From Lytechinus pictus (Eukaryota), in contig NC_087245.1 of assembly GCF_037042905.1 (NCBI RefSeq), positions 3,536,001 through 3,600,000 on the forward strand: a DNA stretch of 64,000 nt, read 5' to 3'. The notes under the pieces were generated by a model, which was given only the letters and a program-made list of their open reading frames with translations, was not told where the DNA came from and did no database searches. Shown here one piece after another: positions 37,576-49,485 of this stretch (positions are counted from its first letter, which is position 1; every line of letters starts with the position of its first letter). The translations under genes were made by a program, and so were the position numbers.

Positions 37576-37990
37576 ATTAATTGTTCAAATTATGAAATAA
37601 ACGGCGAGAAACAAACAAATTGTGAATTACAGGGTCGACGGTGGCTGCAATCAATGCAAGTCGAAAACTACATGTAGCTAATACCGTACGTATGCGGCCG
37701 GCGCTGATGATCTATACGCATACGTACGTGCGAGCGATAGCTAGCTAGCTAGCTAGCTCGCTCGCGCTCGTAGCAGCAGCCAGCGAAGCCAAAGTGGAGA
37801 TGCTACGTCACAGAAAAAGCTGCGCATTGCATTCTGGGATCGTACAGACTCGTGCCAGAATATGATTTTGGCAAAATTGAAAATTCAATAAAAAATAACT
37901 GTGCCTCTTATAAATTAAACCTGGCCTGGACCACCCCTTTAATGGATTTGATAAGATTTTGAAGCACAGGAGCCTCAAAGGTGTCTTTAA

Positions 37991-38489
37991 AGGGGAAGTT
38001 CACCCTGACAAAAGTTTGTTGTAAAAATAGCAGAAAATATAATTAAAACTATTGCCGAAGGTTTGAGAAGAATCCATCATAGAATAAAGAAGTTATTATA
38101 CTTTTAATTATTTGATTTGTGATATCATATGCGAGCAACTTTCCTACAATTATCATAAGGTAAATAAAATCAATGAAATGTAGTTTTTCAGAAAATAATT
38201 TTTTACTGTACCTTCAGTATATCATTGGGCAAATTATTTCACTCATGTTCCTAAAACGAAAACAAAAATAAGTCATCATGATGAACCATTACAAACTTGA
38301 AATTTATGCATTTTATATTATTACATAACATATGTGGCAGCTGCTCGTTTATGATGTCCCAAATCCAAAACTTAAAAATCCAATAACTTTCTTTATCTTT
38401 AATGGATTTTCCTCAAACCTTCACAAATATTTTAAAATATTTTTTCTACTATTTTTACTACAAGCTTTTCTTCAGGGTGAACTTCCCCT
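37991..38489. mobile_element. Kolobok-type family C element, copy 2
   Basis: Same TIRs and TTAA TSD as 35798-36302, same orientation. Confidence 0.9.
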
Positions 38490-38825
38490 TTAAGATGAAC
38501 TAGATCTCCATGAGAAGCCTACTTCACTGTACCTGTCTAAATGATACTAAATTGAATATTAAAGGCAAAGGGATCAGTCACTACACTGTACCTTAATAAA
38601 GCGGGTGGCTATGTTAGCATAATTTTGAATAAGATCATAGAGTTTGTTACATTAATTGCACATTTTCCATAACTTTTCCATAATCATGATTCTTGGAGAA
38701 GGGGAAGGGGGTGGTCTCAAAATAATGAGGAATCTGACTGTTTACACTTGTCATGATTTGAAATTCATTACTTCTCTCAGTGCATCATCAATATCCTCGT
38801 GATATTGTGAAAGGAACTTCTCCAT

Positions 38826-39303
38826 AGGTGGTTTCAAACCGCCTCGATCACAAGAATCCCCGTTAAATTACGAGAACTTTTTTAGGCTGAAAAATACCCA
38901 TTAATTATTCCTGCATTCACACCGCCCTGAAACATACCCTTCGGGATAAGTTCCTGAAGTTACGAGCATGCGCAGTATGGTCTGATAAGCAGCAAGGCGT
39001 GAAATTCAAAACCACTAGCCCAGCAGCAACCCATGCACGGCGCCGCACCCAACGACACGCTGGGCTAAAAGTTCCCGTAATTTGCTTTCAGACCGCCAAA
39101 ATACCCACGACCTTGGAAAAATCCCCGCGAAAGTTCTCGTAATTTCGCCAAGTACCTACTATTTATCGGGTATTTTCTTTCGGGGATATTACGCGTAGTT
39201 TGCTTTCACACCGCCAAAATGCCTGGTATTTTCTGATCGGGGTAAATTTCCCGATCAGAGAATACCTGGAACTGGCGAACTTCGAGGCGGTCTGAAACCA
39301 CCT
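38826..39303. mobile_element. PIF/Harbinger-type MITE
   Basis: CAT|AGGTGGTTTCAAACCGCCTCGA ... TCGAGGCGGTCTGAAACCACCT|CAT; 3-bp TSD; internal ttca(c/g)accgcc repeats. Confidence 0.88.
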
Positions 39304-41904
39304 CATGAGAACTATTTTGAACTGTATCTTATCAGGGTTTGGATATGAGAAAGATTCATGATCTACACCTGTCTTATACCTGGACCCCTTCAAGATTCCA
39401 GTGCCAACAGGTCAAGTTTATTTTCATATCTCAAGAATTCCAACCATTTTTGGGTACAGTCAAAAGTATGAAAGCAACTTGGACATTTAGCAAAAGAAAA
39501 CGAAGAAGAAATACATACTTAGTTAATAACGTTTTGTACGCTGCATACGCCGATCTACATGAGCCAAAGCATCATTTACACTCTATTGTGTTGTTTGAAT
39601 TTATAGTTTGAAAACTACAGTAACATCATATCTATCAGGTTCAAGCGAATTCATTTTAGTGGGCATTAGCTATCATTAATCATTTTGGTTTATAGCAAGA
39701 AATCAAGAAAAACAAGTCCATAAAACCGTGATTAAGAATTCATATTCCATTGATATTTGTCATTTTAATAATATTTTTGTGCCAGTGAAATTCAGAAAGG
39801 CCATTCACTTAGGATTTGTTATAGTGTCCCTGAATGTTGAATTGGTAAAAATCAACTGTACTTTTTTGTGACCAAGGTGAAATGTCTACTTTTTAGTGAA
39901 TTAAGAAATCGTACACAATTTTTTTTCAACTACTCAAGTAAAGTGCATACTAGAGGTATTTTGAGATTTGAGGTTGTGTTTATTGTCAATGGAATATCAT
40001 GTGGTTTAGTTCACAAAGAACTTTGCTTGAAGAAAAGCATTCATGCAGACTCTACTACTCATACAACCTGGAGCGTTTTCACAGCCTAGTCAAATAAAAT
40101 ACCTTCTAAACCCTCCCAAAACCTTTCTAAAATCCTCCAGGATTGCCTCACAAAATATGTATCCTCACAAACACAGGGAGGAAAGAGAAAGTGCAGGTGG
40201 TCATACTGTATTTGGATAATTTTCACCAGTCAGAACTCCAGAAGCCGTACACTTGTTACAGGGAATCCTGGAGGATGCATGGCAGCTTCAGTTGTTCAGT
40301 GCTGATGGCAAAGGTGCTTTTGGTAAGAAACTAAAGACTGAACCGTTTTTCATTTGAGAAACATCTATTCGGGAAGGGAGCAAACTTGGCACTGTGTTCT
40401 CATCCAAGCCCTGAAGCTGACAAACACTTTAGTGTAGAGAGAAAGTATAGGTCTTTGTTGCACTTGTCAAATTATTTGCACTCCTCTCTCTTTTTATATC
40501 TCAATCCTCCTCCCTCCTCTTACATTGTGGTCACCTAGCTGTCTTTAATATCCTTATGTCACAGTTCAATTCTGCAGTTTACTACAACATATTGATTTAT
40601 GTAATAACTGATGGTTTGGTTGAGGAAATTTCACCTTTGGTCATTTTTTTAAATGGCCAATTGTGATAATTTTGTTACAATATATTTTGTATGTGATTGT
40701 AGCAGTTACAAGTTGCAAACCAATTGTAAAAGCCCACGTAGTGGGCTAAAATGAACACAGTCAAATAAAAACAAACCCAGAAGTTTTTTCACATTCTTCC
40801 TTGTTTTGTTTCAAACTCTAAATTTCCTGTTATGAGGCGAGACATTAAGAATCTGTCGCCTCTCACTCTCCTGTTTCTTTAAAACTTTTGTGAAAATAAA
40901 AAAATATTGTTATTCAGTCAACTGGTCATATCTCCAGACAAAACATCCTCTTCTATGAAATTGTAATTCCAGGGACTCCCTGGTTATTCCAAACCCATTT
41001 CCTGAATTTGAGCTTCTGTGGCAAAAAATATGGATTGCTATGTGAACAAAATTAATAAACATCATTTAATCAATAGTCATAACTACTTTAATTCAGCAGA
41101 TTTATTATGCCAATGTCATTGTGTGGGAAAACACACAGGCACCCACTTAGCATGTACCATACATTTTTTCATGGAATTTTTAATGTCAATTTTTTTATAT
41201 TAAAGATGAAAGTGTTACTTCCATTTGAGAAAAAAAACCTTAAATTTGTCCAACTTGCTTCAACCATTTCCCCCTGCATTATGATCTACACTTTAGTTAA
41301 TGTTTGCCTTTACCCAAAAGGTGGTGGGACTCATAAAACTTTAACAAAGAATCTTTTCAAAAATACCAGACAAGAAGGTCAATATTTAGATTAAATCTGG
41401 AGCATAAATGCAGGCTTGAAATGGAATTAAATGGACATTTAATCTTCTCTTTGAAAGAGAAGATTTCAAAGTTCAAGTATTTGTCAATAATGTCCTTTTG
41501 TTGGAAGAATTTTGGAAATGTATTAAAATTGTAAGTTCAGATTCATGTACATGTATGATGTCTGGGTTGAGAAGGATAATCCCAATGTGGGTAGACAGAC
41601 ACACTTGACAGGGATGGCTAAAGTCAATATTTAGACAGGTTTTCATGGACAGAATGTTTTCTCTCTAAACATAACCAGATTGTAGGAGTAAAGTCAGTAA
41701 ACTTAATGAAACATCTCATGTCCCTGATTTGATTCAAACATGGATCCTAAGTACTAGCTAGAACCATGATTTAAATAAGTTTTTTTTTTTTTGGAAGAAA
41801 TATGTAGGCCTGTTTTCACAGTGAATCTAGCCCCTGATGTCCTTGCAAAAGCCTTTCAAAAATGTTTCCTTTAGATTTATGGTGCAAAGTAAATTAATTC
41901 TGGC

Positions 41905-42310
41905 TGGTTTATTTCCAATTTGTCTAATGCCAATCCGTCCAAACCAACTCGTCTACTATCATTTGGTCCAACATCAGTCCATCCACTATCCACATGGACT
42001 AATTGCCATTTCGTCCACTCACCATTTCGTCTAATAACCAGTTGGTCCAATAGCAATTCAGTCCATATACCATTTGATCTAATTGGACTAAGTGTTAAGT
42101 GGGTGAAATGAATGAAAAGAAAATGGGCATTAGACCAACTGGTTATGAAAATGTGAGACGAAATTGTCATAGACGAACTGATAATTAGATGAAGTGATTA
42201 CCAGATGGAATATACGAAATGTTGATGGACAGAATGGCATTAGACTAAATGAAGGTAGACCACATGTGATGAGATGGACGAGTTGGCATTAGACGAATCG
42301 GCAGTTTACT
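41905..42310. mobile_element. Foldback element made of short tandem ttcgtc(t/c)a / tagacgaa motifs
   Basis: Left half has repeated gtctaa/gtccaa; right half has repeated ttagac(g/c)aa. Confidence 0.6.
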
Positions 42311-45300
42311 TTCTGGCTTTGTGTAACACATTATAGAAAGTTGTGGGTAGCTGTGCTGTCTTCATCCCCCATACAAGTTTGTATGTCAAGTTGGAACTGA
42401 AATTTTCAGACAGTTGCTTTGGCACTTTTGTAATAGCTAGGTCATCTATGGTATAACTTACACACAATTATGCTCATGGCTCTCTGGAGAACCATTTGGT
42501 GACCAGATGCCACCATCTGAAGTGACCCAAGTCAAGATTTATCGCGAAGGAAAAAGGAAATGGCTCCAAAGAATATTTGTTGAAAATGAAGAATATGGTA
42601 CTGCCACGTCAGGTACATTGAGGACTATATAGCTAGGATAGGTCTTTGAAATAGGTTGAATGAGAATGTAGTCATGTAGGCTTGGTCTGCAGGTAGTCTT
42701 GAATTACCTTTAGATTATCACTTGGTAATTGAGTTTTAGAAAGAAAAAAAAAAATGCATGAATGTCAAAGCCTATATGCATTATGGGCATGGTTTTTATA
42801 TCTCTCTAATTGTAATCAAGCAAGTCAATATGAATTTTGAGCATTTTGATGATTTTGAACTATTCACATGATTGGAAAGGCATTCCTGTATTGAATGTAG
42901 GCTACATGAATTAAACATGTTCACCTTCCAAGTTCTGATCACAGTCAATGACCAAATGGGAATCACTGTACCCAAGGAGATCTCCTTGCTATACCATACT
43001 TATTTACTCTTTTTTAAACATATTTAATCATTGATCAATATAAAATGAACATAAAAATCTCTGTCTTCATCACTGTCTTATATGTCTGAATTCATGATAT
43101 TACCCCCAAATACACCAGACTACCCTGAAATAAAATAGATAGCGGTAAGGCATATCGTTTGTCATGTAGTTGCAACTTGTAAAATGTGTAAGGACACTCA
43201 ATATTTCTGTAATTTGCACACCTATGAACAGGAAACAAACTGCTAAGGAACAATAGAGCCTACAAGATTTTCTTTGAAGCATAAAACCACTATTTTCCCC
43301 TCATAATGAGCAGCCAGTGCCCTAAGGGGTCTAAACAAGCCTGAGAAAAAAGAAATAATATCAGGGTCAAATGCAGGTGACATTATAGGATCCATTCAGA
43401 CGAGACAACAATTTGAACTTGAACATTTATTTGTAGAAATAAGAGCATACAGTACACTCAAATGCAAAAATAAAAAGATCTATGAATATTTATTACCCAT
43501 TAATTAACAAACACCATTTGAAATTATTTTAATGAGGTCAGATCACATGAATTCTTTACCTTCATGACTAATTTGTTCTATACTTAATACAGAGAGGGTG
43601 GATGATTTACTCTGTCTGAATAAACCTCTATAAAATGAGAGGAATAACTATGAGCAGAACCTGTGGCATTGTTGGTATGAAAGATTGTTTCCTGTGGAAT
43701 AGGAAACAACTCCATTCACTGGACAAATTGATTATGCATGTAAATTAAGTACTTAACTCAGAAGAAAGAAACAAATCATAGACCCTACAATTTTGTGTAG
43801 TGAAATATTCTGTGAGACAGTTACATTTAGGCCTAAACCTACATATTGTTATTGTACATTGTAGGTAGAAATTAATATTTATCTATTTATTGATGTAGCA
43901 ATTTTCATGTGGTATTTTACTGCTGTGCAAGAGTTTCCATGATGAAAAAGTACTTTGGAGATATGTATTATAGTGATGTGAAGTTAGTTTTGGGAACATT
44001 TTATATGAATATTCAAGACAGTCATTTGAAATGATAGAGGTTTTGGGCAGTGGGAAAATTATTACTTCTATAAAGGTTCCTTAGCTATTTAGAAAATTAG
44101 TCTTCATTCTCTCAAGGATGTTGAAACAATTATATTACAAATATCTTGACAGAATATATATATATTATGGCACACTACTTGGTTTAGTTGGGTCCAACTT
44201 CAAATTCAAGAAAAAAAAAAGGTGCATGAATTCACCAATTTCATGCCGCATCTCCTGTATAGGCTTTGCACTGTTTACAGCAACAGTACATGCATCATTG
44301 ACATTACAAGGAATGAGTCTACTCTAAATTCTTCTAGATTTTATTTGTAATTTTGATTGTTTTACTTAATGTTATACTGATGCTTTTGATAAATGTAAAT
44401 TTATGATATGGGCTAAACCTATTTGTATTGATTGGAAGTTGTCTTATTTTTTTTTATGGATAAGTCTGATAAGAAATTAGAATACTTATTTGCTTGCAAT
44501 GGTAGTGTTCAATTGTTCTCTTTATAGGACAATACATGTACCTCTTTTTTCTTCTTTGTCTTGTTTGTGCTCAGTAGACCTAGAACTTGATATCAACCTG
44601 TTCTAAAGTCCTTGGCCCTTTTTGAGGTGCATTTCTCATCTTGATTTACTGAAACCACCCACCATATCAAAGTGGTTTTAGAATATTTGTTCATATCAAT
44701 TCAGAAGTCACCTTAGCTTACAGTCAAGTTTAGCAGAACAATAATAGAATAGCAAGACCTGGGGAATAATTCTTTTCTTCCTGCTCATGCAAGGTTGTCC
44801 AAATTGTTACAAGGTATTGTCCCAGATCTGAAGCACAAATGGTTGTCATGGGAAGTTGTAAAAAAATCATAAAGGAAGTCTCACTTTTAAGATGCCGTCT
44901 ACTGAGTAGGTGGATGACTTCTCAGTGTAGTTGTGAGAAATGTGACAATGTTTTGAAAGCCTGAAAAAGATTTTATTTTTTGGCCTGGGTTCAAGAATAT
45001 TCTTGAGGCGTCTAGGTAAATAGAGAATAGGACTGAGAGTAGAAGTTGGCAGATGCAGCTCGCCAGTCAAGATTTGTGAATGGATGCCGTTGACTTTTGG
45101 CTTCAAATGTAGCACCCAGAACATTTATTGAACTGTCTGGAGAATCAGGGAGGTGGGTTCTGCAAACATCATTGCAAAACCTTGGCCTTGCAACTTGTTT
45201 TAAAGTTTATCAAGGTGAATAAAACAAATTTGTGGTGTTTCTGTCTCGTCACTTTTTATTACCTTTGCTTGGCAACATTCATAAGAAAATATAAAAAGAG

Positions 45301-48103
45301 TGTTTTTGTTATGTCAACTTTGACTTACTTGTTTTACATGCTTTAGATTACAATTTTGGTAAGATCTAAACATGGATGAACTCAGTTTCTAAGATACTAT
45401 GGATTTTTCCCTATTCAGATGAAAAAACAATAAAAATATCTGAAACATGCTCAGAATCATGTGCCACGGATTCTTATCAATCTACTGTTCTTGCTAATTA
45501 CATTGAGAATATTGGCTTACTCGAAAGTGTCTGGTGTTAGTGTGAATGCAGAAAATCAAATAAATTAAATGGCATTTTGAGTCCTGAACAAGTCTTCATA
45601 AACCCTAGATGTATTTTGATAATCAAGTCCATCTGAAATCATCTTGTGTTTCATGATTAATAAGCTTTGATTTTATTTTCCTTCAATGGTGCACCACCAT
45701 ATATTTCCATGTTAAAAATTGTTGCAAAGCATAGATGGTCATCCTGGTTGTATTATGTAGCCTGTATTGGGCAAGCTACTTGTTTGGTCATTAGTTTTGA
45801 TTCCTTTTCATCTGATGAATTCATCCGTTAGAGTACATAAGCTGGCTTGTTCAGTCAAGTGGTTTCTCCCTGTATTCATTCTTTGCCCTGGATGATTGGT
45901 GTCCATCCATGGTCTGGTGGTATTACCCTCCGTCTCTGAGAGGTTGATAACATTGGTATCAGGTTCTTATTATTGAATGTGCTACTTTCTAAGGATACTT
46001 CTCTGCGGGTTTACAATGTTCATTGTGTATTTCCTTTACAGAAAGGTTTCAGAAAAGCATCCAATTGAAGTGAAAGGAAAACTGTTAAGATGATGAAAGG
46101 AAACTTCCAAATTTGTCTGAGTTCATAGGTTGTTATTCAGTCTTGTTAATATTAATTGAATAAACGATTGACCTGAAAAATGATGCTTTTGGACTTAAAG
46201 TAACTTGAAATCTAAGAAAAGAGCCTCCCTTTTCAGTCTGCCACAAGTATAGCAGATAATATACATGTAGGTGTAAGATACCATTGCCTAAACCTGTAAG
46301 AAAAGAAGTAATTGTGTTATTGTAACCAAAGTCTTGGGTTTTCACAAACCTAAGAACATTAAAGGTATCGTACTTCAGAGGCGTTTATTCAACCTCATGT
46401 TGTTGTAAACATAAGCCGACTCCCAGTGGAGGAGTTTAGGTGCATGAGGTACCTGATGCATGAAAAGACATGTGGGACTATAGTTCTTGGTGTATGAACA
46501 GTCTGGTATGTTCAGGAGATGAAAATGATATCCTTCCTACAGGTTGCCCCGCTGATATGCTAAGTTAAGAGGTCTGCTATAGGTCTCTTGCTCAGTGAAC
46601 TTACAGGTCTTACTCAGTTATATTTGTTAGATTCCTGACCCAAACTTAGTTCATGTTGATCTTGAATTGAATAAATTTTGTGTTAAAAATGATTCAATGT
46701 GTCTTGAAATTGGCCAGCCAGACACATATTCCCAATTCAAATTCCCATACTTTTGCCAGAGACTTTTCCTATCGGGTGAGATGTAGATTTACATGTAGGC
46801 CTAAATATTGAGATGAAAGTTTCAGATAGTGTACTTTGCCCTACATGGCATTTTTATAACGTTGGGACCTGGAAGGAAAACCCGGCTTGAACCCGGACCG
46901 GAAGATTTAGCAAAAAAAAACATTCCTGGTCCTGGATCGGCCCTGAACTCGGAGCCACCCCACAATACTGCCGCTGCAGCGCCTATAGAAGCCTGGCCTC
47001 GCTAGGCCCTAGTGTAGGCCTACTTTAGTACCCCGCAATGTCAGTGAACTACTTTAACCTAAATTTTAACTTAAGTATTGATCTAAACCTGAGATTCTAC
47101 CTCATTGAGCATCAGGAACAGCTTTATTTTGGCTTCGATCTTGATTTCATTGTTCGAATTCTCAAATTTAGGGTCTCAGTCCACCGCATATTCTTTTTCT
47201 GATATGTGCTGAAATTAGTGATTACATACAGCAAACACAAAGTCAACAAACATTGTTGCTGCCTTCTACATGTACATTCGTGTGGCGAATTTGACTAAGA
47301 ATTTAAACGAAAACGTCTTGATTAACTTAGTCTTGATCAAAGCCAAAATATGGTCGTTTCTGATGCCCGATGGGGCTAAAATTCATTTTAAGAATTGATT
47401 AAGTCAGCTTATTTGAGAATAAATATGAGCTTATTTCATGCATGGAGGTAAATGGTTACATTATCTCGCTGTTAATTTGGTATTTTTCCAAGACTTAACA
47501 GCTTCCAATCTTTGCTGTTTTAGCTCTCAACCCGGACCAGCTTGACCTGGGGGGGGGGGGGGGGGGAATCCCCCAACTCGCCGGGTAAGTACCAGCCCGG
47601 CCCGGCTCCCAGCATTATATTTTTAAGGGTGGCGTTCTATACATGTAGGGTAGCAGATGGGGATAAGGGGGAGGCCTATAGGTGCGGACCTCTATAATAC
47701 TGCCATTGAATTGATAAAAAATGTCACCTTTAGGTCATTTTGCCCCACTCAGTAGAATACTCCCATAGACACCAAATTTATAAATATGTTCAAAATAACA
47801 TTAATCGTTAACTGAAGAGATTTTACCCTTTCCCTCTCTCCTACAAGTTTTATTTAGGGGAGGGCTGTTTTGCTGCTTATTTCATTTAAAATGTCAGACC
47901 TACTAATATAAGTTTTGTAGCTATTTGGTGAAATACATGAAGCCCAATCTTCTGGAGGAAACACTTGAGTGGTATCCTTTGCAGTTATAACTGCTTTGAT
48001 ATAAGAGGGTAAATAAAAGCCTTTTTAGCACTACAATCCCACCTATGGTCTTGAGATTAAACTGATCTTATTTGTTAGGTATTCATTCCCTGAATGTATC
48101 AAC

Positions 48104-49485
48104 CAGGCGCGGATCCAGGAGTGGGCCGAGCCGGCCCCGGCCCACCCCCCCCCCTATTTTTTGGCAACCTGCAGAAAAAGTGTACTCTTTAACTTGATAG
48201 AAACAATGAAAACAAAAGTAAGAAAGAGGTCTTTTACCCATGTTGTGTAATTTACAGCCTCGTAACGGCCGGCCCGACCCCGAAAGGAAACGAAAAAAAG
48301 GTGAGGGGAAGAATTGAAAAATAGACTTTATATAATTTTTTTCGCTCGTGCTTTGCGCTCGCATTACCTGTGTAATGAATCTCACTCAAGAGAACTAAAT
48401 GGCACTTAATATATCCAGTTCTGACATCAATTTGCACACAATATTTTAGCTCGCACATCAAGCTCTCATTATTTTGTTTTCAGCTCGTGCTGCGCGCTCG
48501 CATTGTTTGATTTGTGAGATACCTATCCTCTTTGGGAATTCTTACCAAAATTTCTCAAAATTTCCCTTTATCATGTCAATATATCAAAAATTTAAGATCG
48601 CGCTTTGCGCTCGCATTTAATTGTTTGAGACACACAGCTTGTTCTTTATTTAAATTAAAACGCGCTTAGACTGTCCAGTTTTCAGGTCGGAATATTAAAA
48701 AAATTTGAGCTTGCGCTTCGCACTCTCATTATTTAATTGGTGATACTTGTATCCTCTTCATTAATCACTAAAAACAGTACCATTTTAGGCCCTTTTCACG
48801 TATTAAAATTTCGGCTCACGCTTCGTGCTCGCATTGTTCAGTTGGAAACCTATCTTTTTCACGATTATAGAAACTGCTCAGAATCTTCAGGTCTTTCAGG
48901 TCTAAATACATGAAATATAAAAAAAAATGAGCTCGCGCTTCGCACTCGGATCAGTTATTCAGTTAGATGGCTGTCCTGTTCATGATTTAAAAAAATGCTT
49001 AGAATATCCAGTTTTCAGTTCGGATTGTCAACCATTTTCAGCTCGCACTTCGCGCTCGCATTATTTGTTTGGTGATATGTTTATCCTCTTCATTAGTCAC
49101 TAAAACAGTCCTATAAGTTTCTTTTCACGCTAAGCCTACTATACTAAAAATTTGGCTCGCGCTTTGCGCTCGCATTGTTTAGTTAGATCTTTGTTCATGA
49201 TTATAAAACCTGCTCAGAATCTTCAGGTCTAAGGACACAAATATCAAAGAATTTGAGCTCACGCTTTGCGCTCGCATTATATATCAAGACCACATGAGAT
49301 ACTTTATATCTTGTTCATAACAATAAAAACTAACAAATACTTAAAACATCAGTCTTTAGTTAGGACTACCCCATGAAAAACCAACCCCCCCCAAAAAAAA
49401 AAAAAGATTATAGCGGCCAATAGAGAAAAATGTTGATGAAAGTATTTTTCGGCCCCCCTATTGGTGAAAGCTGGATCCGCCCCTG
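48104..49485. mobile_element. ~1.4 kb non-autonomous TIR transposon with 5-bp TSD and an internal tandem array
   Basis: TCAAC|CAGGCGCGGATCCAG ... CTGGATCCGCCCCTG|TCAAC; about 9 units of ~110-130 bp, each with gctcgcgcttcgcgctcgcatt. Confidence 0.85.

Larger units (their letters stand above)
36956..37938. mobile_element. Internally deleted Kolobok retaining a THAP-domain 5' fragment (+, from 37201) and a KolX/P2X7-ballast-like 5' fragment (-, from 37575)
   Basis: TTAA|AGGGGTGGTCCAGGCCAG ... CTGGCCTGGACCACCCCT|TTAA. The + strand reads MPMCQAYGC...P...W.......VVCED (frameshifted THAP C2CH). The - strand reads ...YAFQP...WCRCGNCLVMPTARESI. Confidence 0.88.
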
